Assembly: GCA_913041895.1 (NCBI GenBank)
Contig: CAJWKQ010000002.1
Span: 1 to 48,834 of the forward strand
Direction of reading: 5' to 3'
Source of the DNA: an uncultured Verrucomicrobiales bacterium
GTDB lineage: Bacteria; Verrucomicrobiota; Verrucomicrobiia; Limisphaerales; UBA1100
Length of the DNA stretch: 48,834 nucleotides
Shown: piece after piece, positions 30,484-39,760 of the stretch
How positions within the stretch are numbered: the first letter of the stretch is position 1
How the letters are laid out: every line of letters begins with the position of its first letter
Position numbers and translations under genes: made by a program
The notes under the pieces: generated by a model
Seen by the model: the letters and a program-made list of their open reading frames with translations, nothing else
Told to the model about the DNA's origin: nothing
The model's database searches: none

Positions 30484-32781
30484 CTACTGCTCCTCCACAT
30501 CAATCCATGTTCCGAATTGCCTTCCACCAACACTCATCTGTAATTTATGACGACCTGGCGTTAACAACGCCATAAAACCACCATGCTCAGATCTAAAACA
30601 ATCAAGTGTATCTGACCGCCATATGGCATTCTCTGCAGTAGCGAGCAAAGGCAAACTCCTACTTGATGAAGGCAAATCTGGATCCAGATAGACCACAGTG
30701 CCCGGTCTCGGCGATAAAATGGCTATAGATTCTGACTCCACAGCAGAAAGCGAAGTTCGATCCCGTAAATGATTCATCGGACTTCGCCACCAATTAGCAA
30801 ATTTGGAACCTAAAAAGACCCTCCCCAAGGCATCACGCGCGCTGATTGGCTCGACTTCAGGCGCAGCACCTCTAACAAAATACTCCAGCTTTCCTTGCGG
30901 TGTCCGCATCCCCGAATACTGATCGACTTTGGCACTCTCAATTTTGCACAGAAGCTTGTACCAACTTGTACCATATTGTTTATGCAAATACATCATGACA
31001 CTCTGCATTATAGGCGCAGCACCTGTTAGACCGGAAACCTGCTTCATAGGTGCTCCATCAAAATTTCCTACCCACACGCCAACTGTAAATTCTGGAGTAT
31101 AACCGAAAGCCCAGTTATCCCGAAAATCAGAACTTGTTCCCGTTTTACAAGCAACAGGAAAAGGGAATGAGAGTGCTGACATCCACCCAAAAGCACTGGC
31201 TCTTGCATCATTATCACTCAAGATATCAGCAATTAACCAAGCCGCCTCTCGATTGAAAACTCGCTTTGAACCAACTGGGTCTGTCTCTAGCAAACGCACT
31301 GGCCGATGCTCTCCTAATCGTGCCAATGTAGCGTAGGCATTTGTTAACTCCAACAATCTTGCTTCAGCATTACCAATAGTTAGACCCAATCCGTAATATC
31401 CTGATGCTTCCTCTAGTGTACTCAGCCCCATCCGACGCAGGCTCTCCTGTAGCACTGAAGCTCCACCGACATAATCAAGCACTCGAACAGCCGGAACATT
31501 TAATGAATTAGCCAATGAATCTCGCAAAGAGATAGGGCCGCGATATCTACGATCGTAGTTAACAGGACTAAAGAGCCCAGTATCTGTCGCAAATTCCGTT
31601 GGCACATCCGCAAGCACAGTTGCTGGTGTCATCCCTTTTTCCAGTGCTAGAAGATAGGTGAATGGCTTGAAGGCTGATCCAGCACTGCGTGGTGATATGG
31701 CACCATTGACCTGGCCTGATTGAGGCTCGAAATAATCGCGTGAACCCACCAACGCGATCACGTTTGCCGTCTCATTATCAATCACCACCAATGAGCCATT
31801 GAACACTCGCTGTGATTCTAATCTGCTAAGGTGGCCACACAAAATTTGACGGGAAACATCGTTAAGCGATAAATCCAGCGTACTTTTGACATTCTCAGTT
31901 ATATCCCGATTGCCGCAAACCATATCGATAAAATGTGGCGCAGCAAACGCCCTCCCCGGCTTATACAAACGCACTGGTTCATCTATTGCACGATTGAGCT
32001 GATCACTCTGCAACCAACCATTAATTGACATATGATTCAGAATTTTTTTCTGGCGCATCAGTGCCCGTTCAATATGCAGATGCGGATTTAGCCTCGAAGG
32101 AGCATTAGGTAACCCTGCTAGAAGCGCAGCTTGTGCCGGAGACAAAGAAGCTAGGGTTTTATCAAAGTAAAACCACGAAGCCGTACCTGCCCCCCGACAA
32201 AGATTTCCGTAATCAATCCGGTTAAGGTAAGCCGTAATAATCTGCTTTTTTGTCCATTTCCGCTCAAGCTTTCGCGCCTGAAGAATCTCTATAAACTTGG
32301 TTTTGACATTGCGCGGCCTTTTAGATGTTTCCGAGTTTTTAATGAGTTGCTGAGTGATGGTAGAACCTCCGGACATTACACGTCCGTGTTGCGCAATTTC
32401 CTTAACCACACGCAATAACCCAAGCCAATCTACGCCATGATGTTGCCAGAATCGCTTATCCTCTGCTGCCAAGGTGGCGTTGATAAACGTAGCGCCACAC
32501 TCCTCAAAAGTAATCGGATTAAGGAACAATTCGGCTTCGCCGCGCACCATTCTAAGTGGAGACCCTTTCCGATCACTAATGAGGAGGCTCGATTTTGGCG
32601 ACTGCTCTATGCCCCTAGGTAATGGTATGATTTTCGTGGCAATCTCCAACAATACCCATCCTGATAACAACACACAAAACAACCCAAAAGAGGCTTTACG
32701 CCAGAAAGTAAGGGTAACACATTGAGAAGCCTGTCGATACAAATTAGTCATTAATTGACCGCGTAACCATTGACCCTCCAC
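30484..32781 (-). CDS. pbpC: penicillin-binding protein 1C (bifunctional GT51 transglycosylase / transpeptidase)
   Basis: GT51 motifs EDKRFWQHHGVD and GGSTITQQL. Transpeptidase SxxK (SAFKP) and KTGTS. C-terminal PBP1C-type extension. The GTG at 32781 overlaps the A2M gene by 38 nt. An alternative ATG at 32751 sits in an ATGACTAA overlap with the A2M stop. Confidence 0.9.
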   Translation of the reverse strand: MEGQWLRGQLMTNLYRQASQCVTLTFWRKASFGLFCVLLSGWVLLEIATKIIPLPRGIEQSPKSSLLISDRKGSPLRMVRGEAELFLNPITFEECGATFINATLAAEDKRFWQHHGVDWLGLLRVVKEIAQHGRVMSGGSTITQQLIKNSETSKRPRNVKTKFIEILQARKLERKWTKKQIITAYLNRIDYGNLCRGAGTASWFYFDKTLASLSPAQAALLAGLPNAPSRLNPHLHIERALMRQKKILNHMSINGWLQSDQLNRAIDEPVRLYKPGRAFAAPHFIDMVCGNRDITENVKSTLDLSLNDVSRQILCGHLSRLESQRVFNGSLVVIDNETANVIALVGSRDYFEPQSGQVNGAISPRSAGSAFKPFTYLLALEKGMTPATVLADVPTEFATDTGLFSPVNYDRRYRGPISLRDSLANSLNVPAVRVLDYVGGASVLQESLRRMGLSTLEEASGYYGLGLTIGNAEARLLELTNAYATLARLGEHRPVRLLETDPVGSKRVFNREAAWLIADILSDNDARASAFGWMSALSFPFPVACKTGTSSDFRDNWAFGYTPEFTVGVWVGNFDGAPMKQVSGLTGAAPIMQSVMMYLHKQYGTSWYKLLCKIESAKVDQYSGMRTPQGKLEYFVRGAAPEVEPISARDALGRVFLGSKFANWWRSPMNHLRDRTSLSAVESESIAILSPRPGTVVYLDPDLPSSSRSLPLLATAENAIWRSDTLDCFRSEHGGFMALLTPGRHKLQMSVGGRQFGTWIDVEEQ

Positions 32782-35700
32782 TACTTAAGGCAACTATATC
32801 AGAATTATACATCGCTTCTACCTTTGCCTGAGGAATGGAGACAATACCCTCTGCACGAACTCTGGCAAGATACTCAAAATAGTGCACCCCTTTGGATAAA
32901 TAATTGGCGTAAAACACAGCTCGATCCTTGCGCAACTCGTAGTGGTCAATAAACCAACTATTACGCATTTCAATTGAAGATTGCTGGGATTTCAGGTTCC
33001 CAAAAACCGGCTCCAAGCTCGATGGCAAACCATCCTCCAATGCAAGATAACGTACTTCATCCATTAAAACATTAATCTTCATTTTAACGCGCACTAGATC
33101 ACCAACTTGCGGCTCTTTGTGGCGTGAAGAAATGTTGCCATCAGGCAGAATCACCTTATACGAACGTTCCAATGTCATACCCTTAGAAACAGAATTCGTG
33201 CGATCTACTTCCGACCTAGTAAAAGCACTAACCCGAACAAACAGGACCTGCCCCTCTCTGCCATTATGCCGAAGTTTCATCGCCCCGGGCTGGTTCTTCG
33301 TTCTAAAAACAACCATCCGTTGAGAAGAATCCAATAAAATTTTTCTTTCTTCGCCGGCGAACTCGATTATTCCATTAATCGTCCCGGCCCGAGAGTCTCT
33401 TTGATCATAACTCGTCATTGCCAGTATTACCCAAGCGTTGGCGAAGGTAGAGCCCCAATGGCCTTGTTGTGCAGCCTGACTCAACTGACCAGCTAACTTA
33501 ACGGCATTCGGGCCATCACTCTCAGCCAAAAGACGCATGGCAATTTGTTGATTTTTATTACCGTAGTAACCGAAGGCCCAAATGCCGTTAGCCTTTGCTT
33601 TCAATAGATCATTTAACATTTCACTTGAACCCCCAGTCTCTTTTACTGCAGCGGCTAATAAAGAAACTGCATCTGGCGCCAATTGCCTGCGTTGAGTAAA
33701 CGCCTGCTCATGATACGCCGGCATTGATTTATCCATTAAAGCAAGCGTGTAAAGGGCGAGGCAGTGAACCCCCCAATCATAATCTTCATTCACAGGCCTT
33801 TTCACCAATCGAACTAAGTACTCTCCAAGACGGTCCAGTGCAACTTGAGGCACTCGTTTGCCCTTACGTTTTGCTAAGACTAAAACCATGCCCCCGTAAC
33901 TACTGGCGAATCCATCTGCAACCCCATTAGGCCAATAAGACAGCCCACCATTATGAGTCTGCATGCTGAGCAACCTGTTAACACCATGCTCTACTGGGTT
34001 GCTCTTTTTGAGATTCTGGCTTTGATTAAGGAGAGGCAATATATCCCGATGCTCCTCTAATAAAAGCCAAGGAAGCAACCGTGAACTCGTCTGTTCTGCG
34101 CACCCATGAGGGTAGTCTAGCAAGTATTCTGATGCCGGTCCCATCTCGGCCATGGATGAATTACTTACAGAAACCTCAAGCTCTCCCTCGCCATTTCGTA
34201 TATCTGAATCTAATTGCTTCAATAAATCCGGAATATTACCGTTTGCACGAACGAAATAAACAGCCTTACGAAGGGGGGCCACGTGACGTATATCAATCCA
34301 AGATTCTCTAGAATCTCTCACCACATTAACACCTTGTTCCCGCAACTCCCATTCTGAACGGGAACGCCCAACATGGGCAAAACGTATGGGAACATTCACC
34401 GCAATTGTGCTTTGGGGTGCAAGTGTTAGGCTCGGGCTTGTTTGTGATAACGCCTGAATGTAATCATCTGTTTTCAAAGATACTATAACAGTACGGTGGG
34501 TGTCTGTCTGATTATGCACCATGGCTTTGGCCACAAGTTCATCACCCACCCTACCAAAACGCGGCAGGGCCGACTCAATCATTAATGGCAAATGCACTCG
34601 GAACCCTGCTTCGCCTACGCCAAATTGGCGATCAGTGCACGCTATAGCAAATATTCGATACCGGGTAAGGTTGTCAGGAGCAACAAAACGCGCCCTCACG
34701 TTTCCCGAATTATCTGTATGCAAAGTCGCCGCCCAAAAGGCCACTGCCTGAAAATTCTGACGCATCACCTCAGAGCCACCACCGCCAATAATATGCCCTT
34801 TGTTGGCAAAACGAACTCTGCCGGGATCCTCTGTCCGCATAAACGGGATAGTTGATGATGTTCTCACATCAAGCACCTTGGGCTCATAGAAGAATGAATG
34901 TAAATCTGGCGCGCGATACCCGGTTAAATCCAACACCCCTTCATCTACTGCGAATAAAGTGACCTCTGAATTAGCCACGGCAACACCATCTGTGGTGGAA
35001 ACATTTACAGAGACACCAACCTCCTCTCCCGGCTGAACCGAAGTGCTCTGAAGCTCCGCGAGCACCTCTAATCTGGAGTCAGACGCTTCAACCATCAATT
35101 CACAATAACCCATTCTATATTCAATCGACTTAATTTGACGTGTGCTTTCATCAGCCCCACGAAGCAACAAAACGGACACAAAAACGTTCGGAACGTCTAA
35201 AGAGTCCAGTGCCAACTCAATCATTGGCGCGTTACCTTCCACATCAACCTGGAACGTTCGCAATACTCTCTCTCTTTCCACTGTCACCAAGGCCCTCCCC
35301 TTGAAAGGAGCCTTTAACAATATCTTGGCAGTTTCACCCGTGTTATACACCTTCTGATCCGGCACGAGGCCCATTTTGAACTCATTTGAATAATCCCAAG
35401 CAAGAGACCCTTTACCACTGACATAAAAATCGACTTGTGTAGAAACCTCACGGCCACCCGCGTCCTGTGAAACAACTTCTAAACGATATTCACCCGCCTG
35501 CATCGATCGCAACACCGTCTCAATGGCATCATCTTCTAACCCAACGGTCTTAAAACTTGTTGTTCCAACAGGAATAAATCGACGCTTATTTTGGAAGGCA
35601 ACACCACCGCCGGCACCTTTAATTTTAACGCTATGCCACTCAACCCGTTTCAGGAAAGCTTTGACCTGGACGTTGTCTGAATAAGCCTTTCCATCCACAC

Positions 35701-37981
35701 CTACTGCTACAACTTTCAACTTAAGCGGCTGTCCAATCCTTTGCACAGATGATAGTCCACGCACTCCCAAGTAATAATCCGAACTATACTGCGTGATTGA
35801 AAAATATTCGGTGACTGCTTGACCGCTCACATCAGTTACATGCACTGATAGATTTCCTTTCATTAGGCCGTTTTTTAGATCAGGCAACTCAGGTTCAACG
35901 ACCGTCCGCCCTTTTGAATCAAGTGTCATTTCACCGGAGTAAATGTTTTGAGCACTTTCCTGAATCATTCCGAAATCATATTCCTCCCATTGAGGAAATC
36001 TTGGCTTTTCAGAACAAGCGTTCAGACTCCATTTTAATTTTGCGCCTGAAATTGGTTTTCCGAAATAGTAGCTAGCGGATATTGGTATCTTAACCGACTC
36101 AGTCGGGCCAAAAATTCCTGCCGATTCGGATTTCACCTTAAAGGTAGCTGGTTCATATTCAAGAGCATCTACAAAAACACTCCCCGAGCCCACTTGGATT
36201 TCAAAAGATCCATGGACACCAACCGGGAGTTTAATTTCTAAATCAAAAGCGCCACTACTATCAGGTTTGATTTTTTGTTGATGGTACACCCGGCGCTGAG
36301 GTCCAGAAACTTGAACATCATAATCAGATGATTCAGGCACACCCAGCTCACCATCATGCCAAGAACGAACATGACCTTTCAGATATACAGTTTCACCTGG
36401 CTGATAAATCGATCGGTCAGTGAAAAGATGCAGTTTTTTATCATTCTGCCAAGGCCGCCAGGTATCCACCCCGTAAGACCACATGGGAATACTGGCAAAA
36501 CCAGAATCTAGTTGATATATGTGCTGATCGTCTTCCTTAGAGACCTGCACCCATAACGGCTCGCCAGTACGTCTGGCCTTTAACATAACATTTCCAGTTG
36601 CGTCAGTATGAGAGAGGGCCACGTTCTTTCCCGACTCGGAAAGGATGCGTATACGGGTTTTTTCTAGTGGACTAGCTGATTTTAGAGAGAAGGTGTGAAA
36701 AAAAATGTCTTCTTTAGATTCTTTCCACACAAGTCCGATATCGGTCAGTTGTACTATTGATTGAGCTGTATTAGCCGAGCCATCGACACCCATTGATTCA
36801 ACATTAACAAATAAGGTGCCTGAAACATTTTCTTCTAGCAGTTCGCCCCACCTAAACTCCCTCTTGAGCGCCTCATCTGTCTTCGCTCGAACAGGATAAA
36901 CCTTGGATATCACTTCCTGACCAGGCACCAATTCATAACTAATCGGCTGACTAATCCGCTGTTTCCAAGAATTCCCACTCCACTTAAAAGCTGATCGACC
37001 AAGATATTCTCGATAGTAGGTTTGTAGCACTCGAAATACCTGATCTGGGTCAACACGCTTAACTTGAAGTCGTACCGATCTGTTATTCACCGAAACAAAC
37101 TCAAAAGATCGATTCCCGAATAATGATTGTGAGGTTGTGGTGTCAGCGAGATATACACGTCCTGACAATGGATTGAACCGAAACAGCTGCTCCCATTGAT
37201 CTTTAAGTCGCAACCCCAAGCGTGCCGGCAATCCAGACTTAATCTTTACTCGATACGGAGTGTTAAGAGCAAAAGACCCACTCAATGTAAGGCCACGCCA
37301 ACGTATTTGTATAGATAAGTTAACATTAGCCGGGACATAACCTTCTTTATCTTTGCGTTCAAGCACAAGCCATTCGGCAAAATCCTCCGGATTTAAATCA
37401 GACGGTAAAGGATGAGAAAAATCGACGCGAATTGACCGGCCCGCGTTAAGCTGATTATCGGCATATGCCCCATCAACGCGCATAACGTTTCTCTCTCCCA
37501 AATCCCATTCTCGATCCTTAGGAAATTGGAATTTGCTGTCTACTGACTGCAGCCCTGCCTTCAATATTAATTTCCACTCCACTCCACCTTCTAGAAGCTG
37601 CTCAGGAACAATCCGTAGCTTATGAATATCGGAATCTACTGCCTCCACTTTAGCAGGGATAAGAACATTTTCAGCTGACCGAAACTCAAAAAACCCTGAA
37701 GCTCTTTCAGAACTTACAGGCTGATTAAATGTAAGGATTGTGCTGAACCGGTATGAGTTTGAAAGGCGCAACCTGTAATCGCGCTCCAGATCCAACTCAC
37801 CAAATTCTTCCGCATCACTGGTTGCATGTTGGTTTTTGACTTTCAGAGTTACGGCTGAGGTAACCGAAGTAGAAGTTTTTTGACTCGATGAACGCAACCC
37901 AATCCATCCTCCAACTAACAGAATTACAATTAGCCCAAAAAAACTATTCCTACCCCGCACTTCCCTCGGCCATTCTCTCAT
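32744..37981 (-). CDS. bacterial alpha-2-macroglobulin family protein (YfhM/ECAM-like), membrane-anchored
   Basis: 1745 aa with an N-terminal TM anchor (FFGLIVILLVGGWIGL). Long run of MG-like beta domains. Thioester site DYPHGCAEQTSS. Located immediately upstream of pbpC. Confidence 0.9.
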   Translation of the reverse strand: MREWPREVRGRNSFFGLIVILLVGGWIGLRSSSQKTSTSVTSAVTLKVKNQHATSDAEEFGELDLERDYRLRLSNSYRFSTILTFNQPVSSERASGFFEFRSAENVLIPAKVEAVDSDIHKLRIVPEQLLEGGVEWKLILKAGLQSVDSKFQFPKDREWDLGERNVMRVDGAYADNQLNAGRSIRVDFSHPLPSDLNPEDFAEWLVLERKDKEGYVPANVNLSIQIRWRGLTLSGSFALNTPYRVKIKSGLPARLGLRLKDQWEQLFRFNPLSGRVYLADTTTSQSLFGNRSFEFVSVNNRSVRLQVKRVDPDQVFRVLQTYYREYLGRSAFKWSGNSWKQRISQPISYELVPGQEVISKVYPVRAKTDEALKREFRWGELLEENVSGTLFVNVESMGVDGSANTAQSIVQLTDIGLVWKESKEDIFFHTFSLKSASPLEKTRIRILSESGKNVALSHTDATGNVMLKARRTGEPLWVQVSKEDDQHIYQLDSGFASIPMWSYGVDTWRPWQNDKKLHLFTDRSIYQPGETVYLKGHVRSWHDGELGVPESSDYDVQVSGPQRRVYHQQKIKPDSSGAFDLEIKLPVGVHGSFEIQVGSGSVFVDALEYEPATFKVKSESAGIFGPTESVKIPISASYYFGKPISGAKLKWSLNACSEKPRFPQWEEYDFGMIQESAQNIYSGEMTLDSKGRTVVEPELPDLKNGLMKGNLSVHVTDVSGQAVTEYFSITQYSSDYYLGVRGLSSVQRIGQPLKLKVVAVGVDGKAYSDNVQVKAFLKRVEWHSVKIKGAGGGVAFQNKRRFIPVGTTSFKTVGLEDDAIETVLRSMQAGEYRLEVVSQDAGGREVSTQVDFYVSGKGSLAWDYSNEFKMGLVPDQKVYNTGETAKILLKAPFKGRALVTVERERVLRTFQVDVEGNAPMIELALDSLDVPNVFVSVLLLRGADESTRQIKSIEYRMGYCELMVEASDSRLEVLAELQSTSVQPGEEVGVSVNVSTTDGVAVANSEVTLFAVDEGVLDLTGYRAPDLHSFFYEPKVLDVRTSSTIPFMRTEDPGRVRFANKGHIIGGGGSEVMRQNFQAVAFWAATLHTDNSGNVRARFVAPDNLTRYRIFAIACTDRQFGVGEAGFRVHLPLMIESALPRFGRVGDELVAKAMVHNQTDTHRTVIVSLKTDDYIQALSQTSPSLTLAPQSTIAVNVPIRFAHVGRSRSEWELREQGVNVVRDSRESWIDIRHVAPLRKAVYFVRANGNIPDLLKQLDSDIRNGEGELEVSVSNSSMAEMGPASEYLLDYPHGCAEQTSSRLLPWLLLEEHRDILPLLNQSQNLKKSNPVEHGVNRLLSMQTHNGGLSYWPNGVADGFASSYGGMVLVLAKRKGKRVPQVALDRLGEYLVRLVKRPVNEDYDWGVHCLALYTLALMDKSMPAYHEQAFTQRRQLAPDAVSLLAAAVKETGGSSEMLNDLLKAKANGIWAFGYYGNKNQQIAMRLLAESDGPNAVKLAGQLSQAAQQGHWGSTFANAWVILAMTSYDQRDSRAGTINGIIEFAGEERKILLDSSQRMVVFRTKNQPGAMKLRHNGREGQVLFVRVSAFTRSEVDRTNSVSKGMTLERSYKVILPDGNISSRHKEPQVGDLVRVKMKINVLMDEVRYLALEDGLPSSLEPVFGNLKSQQSSIEMRNSWFIDHYELRKDRAVFYANYLSKGVHYFEYLARVRAEGIVSIPQAKVEAMYNSDIVALSSGGSMVTRSIND
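34091..34105 (-). other. thioester motif GCAEQ (CxEQ) codons of the alpha-2-macroglobulin
   Basis: Plus strand ctgttctgcgcaccc is the reverse complement of GGT TGC GCA GAA CAG, read directly. Confidence 0.9.
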
Positions 37982-38114
37982 TTTATCCCCCTTTTAAATA
38001 AATATATGGTCCACTAAATAAAACCCTACTAGAATGGTACCCCTCCAAAATAATATTTCTAACTGAATCTTTTTTTATAAAATAATAACCACGATCCATG
38101 CGTTAATCTTATAA

Positions 38115-39119
38115 TTAATTGGATTCATATTTTCCACGTATGGGCTTTTCACTATCCGCAGCAACCTCCTCAGACCGGACTATTCCTGAATCGGAATCTT
38201 TCAACCCCACGTATATCAACAATACATCAGATAAACCAAGCAGAAGAGCCAGTGCAAACACCGTCGCCACCAAACGCTTCTCTCGCCAAGTGAAAGGGCC
38301 TGAGAATAACGATGGAGCATTAATTAATTCCAATTCTTCAGTTAACTCACCAGCTCCAGCATAGCCATCCTTTTCATCCAGCGAGCATGCCTTAAGAACA
38401 ATTCTATTTAATTTTTTAAAGGACTCATCAGGCACATGCTCCTTCATGCTTTGAGGCAAATCAGGGAATGCGTTTCGGTCCATTCCTGTTGAGGCCTCAT
38501 ACAGCACTTTTCCCAACGCATAAAGATCCCCCCGCCAATCACCGGTTTCTTCTCCGGCTTGAAAACCTAGGGTGCCGATATTTGCTGAAGCGAATCCGGC
38601 TCCGGCGACTAATCCAATGTCAGCCAATTTTGGTGTTCCATTCACATAAACAATATTTGAGGGCTTGATATCACGGTGAACCAGCCCCTGTTCATGTAAA
38701 TACCGTAACGCATCTGCAAGTTGTGCTCCAATGTAGGCACATTCGTCGGCAGCAATCGATTCGCGTGAATTCAACTCAGATTGAAGTGTACGGGGAGAAT
38801 AATCTGCTGAATTGATAGTTTGCCCAACCACCTGATCATCAGCCAACTCCATCACATAATAAAAATAGCCTTTTTCATCATTCCGCCCCACGTGCAAAAC
38901 GTCGATTAAACCTTGATGCCCTCTTGAGACTGCCTCATAAAATCGAATCCCGTTGAACTCACGATTATAGGGACGAGAATCATCGAAGAGATCTCTCTGG
39001 ACAATTTTAACTGCGCGCCAGGCTCCTAAAACACTCTTTGCCAACCAAACTTGCCCGTAACTGCCACGAGCAATCTCGATGACTAGTTCATAATCTGGAA
39101 TGTGAAAAGTTTTACTCAA
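38115..39119 (-). CDS. tail-anchored Ser/Thr protein kinase (Hanks type) with almost no extracytoplasmic domain
   Basis: Glycine loop/VAIK-like region IARGSYGQVWLAKS...WRAVKIV. Catalytic loop HRDIKPSNIV and DIG (DFG variant). One C-terminal TM (LVATVFALALLLGLSDVLLIYVGL) followed by only a short tail (roughly 30 aa). Confidence 0.85.
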   Translation of the reverse strand: MSKTFHIPDYELVIEIARGSYGQVWLAKSVLGAWRAVKIVQRDLFDDSRPYNREFNGIRFYEAVSRGHQGLIDVLHVGRNDEKGYFYYVMELADDQVVGQTINSADYSPRTLQSELNSRESIAADECAYIGAQLADALRYLHEQGLVHRDIKPSNIVYVNGTPKLADIGLVAGAGFASANIGTLGFQAGEETGDWRGDLYALGKVLYEASTGMDRNAFPDLPQSMKEHVPDESFKKLNRIVLKACSLDEKDGYAGAGELTEELELINAPSLFSGPFTWREKRLVATVFALALLLGLSDVLLIYVGLKDSDSGIVRSEEVAADSEKPIRGKYESN

Positions 39120-39619
39120 ATTAACGAATCCTTTACGTGGTTTGAGTTAAAGAACGCTATCGATCCACAACTTACCCACAACGGATTTCTTTCACCTCCT
39201 TGGTAAAAAACTAAGTTATCGCCCCTTATTCCCAAAGGGAAGGTTATTCCCATTTTGTGAAAATAATGCATTCAGATGTTAGATCACCCATCATAAGGCA
39301 GTACCCTATAATGACATGGGGGCATACAATGATACAAAGCAAACTAAGATTCAGGAAAAACACCGGAAATCGCCAAATTCAGCGGGCAACCTCGAACTAC
39401 GAACTTCAACTAGGTCGTATCTGGTTCCGGCATATTCGAAACCGGCTCGCCAGAGAAGACGAATCTTGCGAGAACTGGCTAAAAGCTCCCGAACAACGGA
39501 CTTTCCAGTGGCGTTAAGCGTTCATCATTATACTAGAAAGGCTACATTCGCATGAGGAATCCAGCAGTCATGGTTGGGTTAAATAGAGACTGCTCACCTC
39601 CGCATACCTCGTGCCTCTA

Positions 39620-39725
39620 CCCGCAACCGGGGTCCCCTCGCCCGTCCGGCTTTCCGGACGGGCGCCCCCTGACCTCGAGTAATCCCCGCCCCGGCGCGCC
39701 ATCGTCATCAGGTGTGCCGGGCGGG
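39620..39725. other. cluster of three G+C-rich hairpins (unassigned structured element)
   Basis: Read directly. CCCGcaacCGGG lies at 39620-39631. An 11-bp perfect stem cgcccgtccgg/cttt/ccggacgggcg lies at 39639-39664, with outer GGTC...GACC closing at 39631-39674. A ~15-bp stem cccgccccggcgcgcc/atcgtcatca/ggtgtgccgggcggg with one bulge lies at 39685-39725. No U-tract follows on either strand. Confidence 0.4.
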
Positions 39726-39760
39726 CGTTAACTCTTGTCCATTGCCCAGTTGATTACCTT

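Noticed and set aside
39257-39555. Two overlapping plus-strand ORFs (86 and 79 aa) in the kinase/sigma intergenic region.
   Set aside because: - They overlap each other in different frames.
- They are arginine-rich and low-complexity, and have no recognisable domain or upstream signals.
- They are more likely non-coding (see the structured-island finding).
39318-39674. Possible tmRNA. A TATAAT box is followed by a transcript beginning GGGGGCAUAC. The span to the GCGCCCCC segment, which could pair with the 5' end, is roughly 357 nt, about the size of a tmRNA.
   Set aside because: - There is no GGAUUCGAC-type D-loop analogue.
- There is no GGUUCGAAUCC T-loop; the 3' hairpin has a CUUU tetraloop on an 11-bp stem.
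- There is no G3-U70 pair.
- No reading frame ends in a typical hydrophobic (A/V)AA tag followed by a stop.
39590-39730. SRP (4.5S) RNA or RNase P RNA. Short matches to E. coli 4.5S RNA occur (CCCGCAAC and GUGUGCCGGG on the plus strand, AGGUCAGG and GUCCGGAAAG on the minus strand). GGAAAGUCCG is present on the minus strand near 39500.
   Set aside because: - The matches lie on opposite strands.
- The domain IV loop architecture (GNRA tetraloop on a 3-bp stem with conserved internal loops) is absent.
- The RNase P CR-I/CR-V consensus (GAGGAAAGUCCGGGC and ACAGAACCCGGCUUA) is not present.
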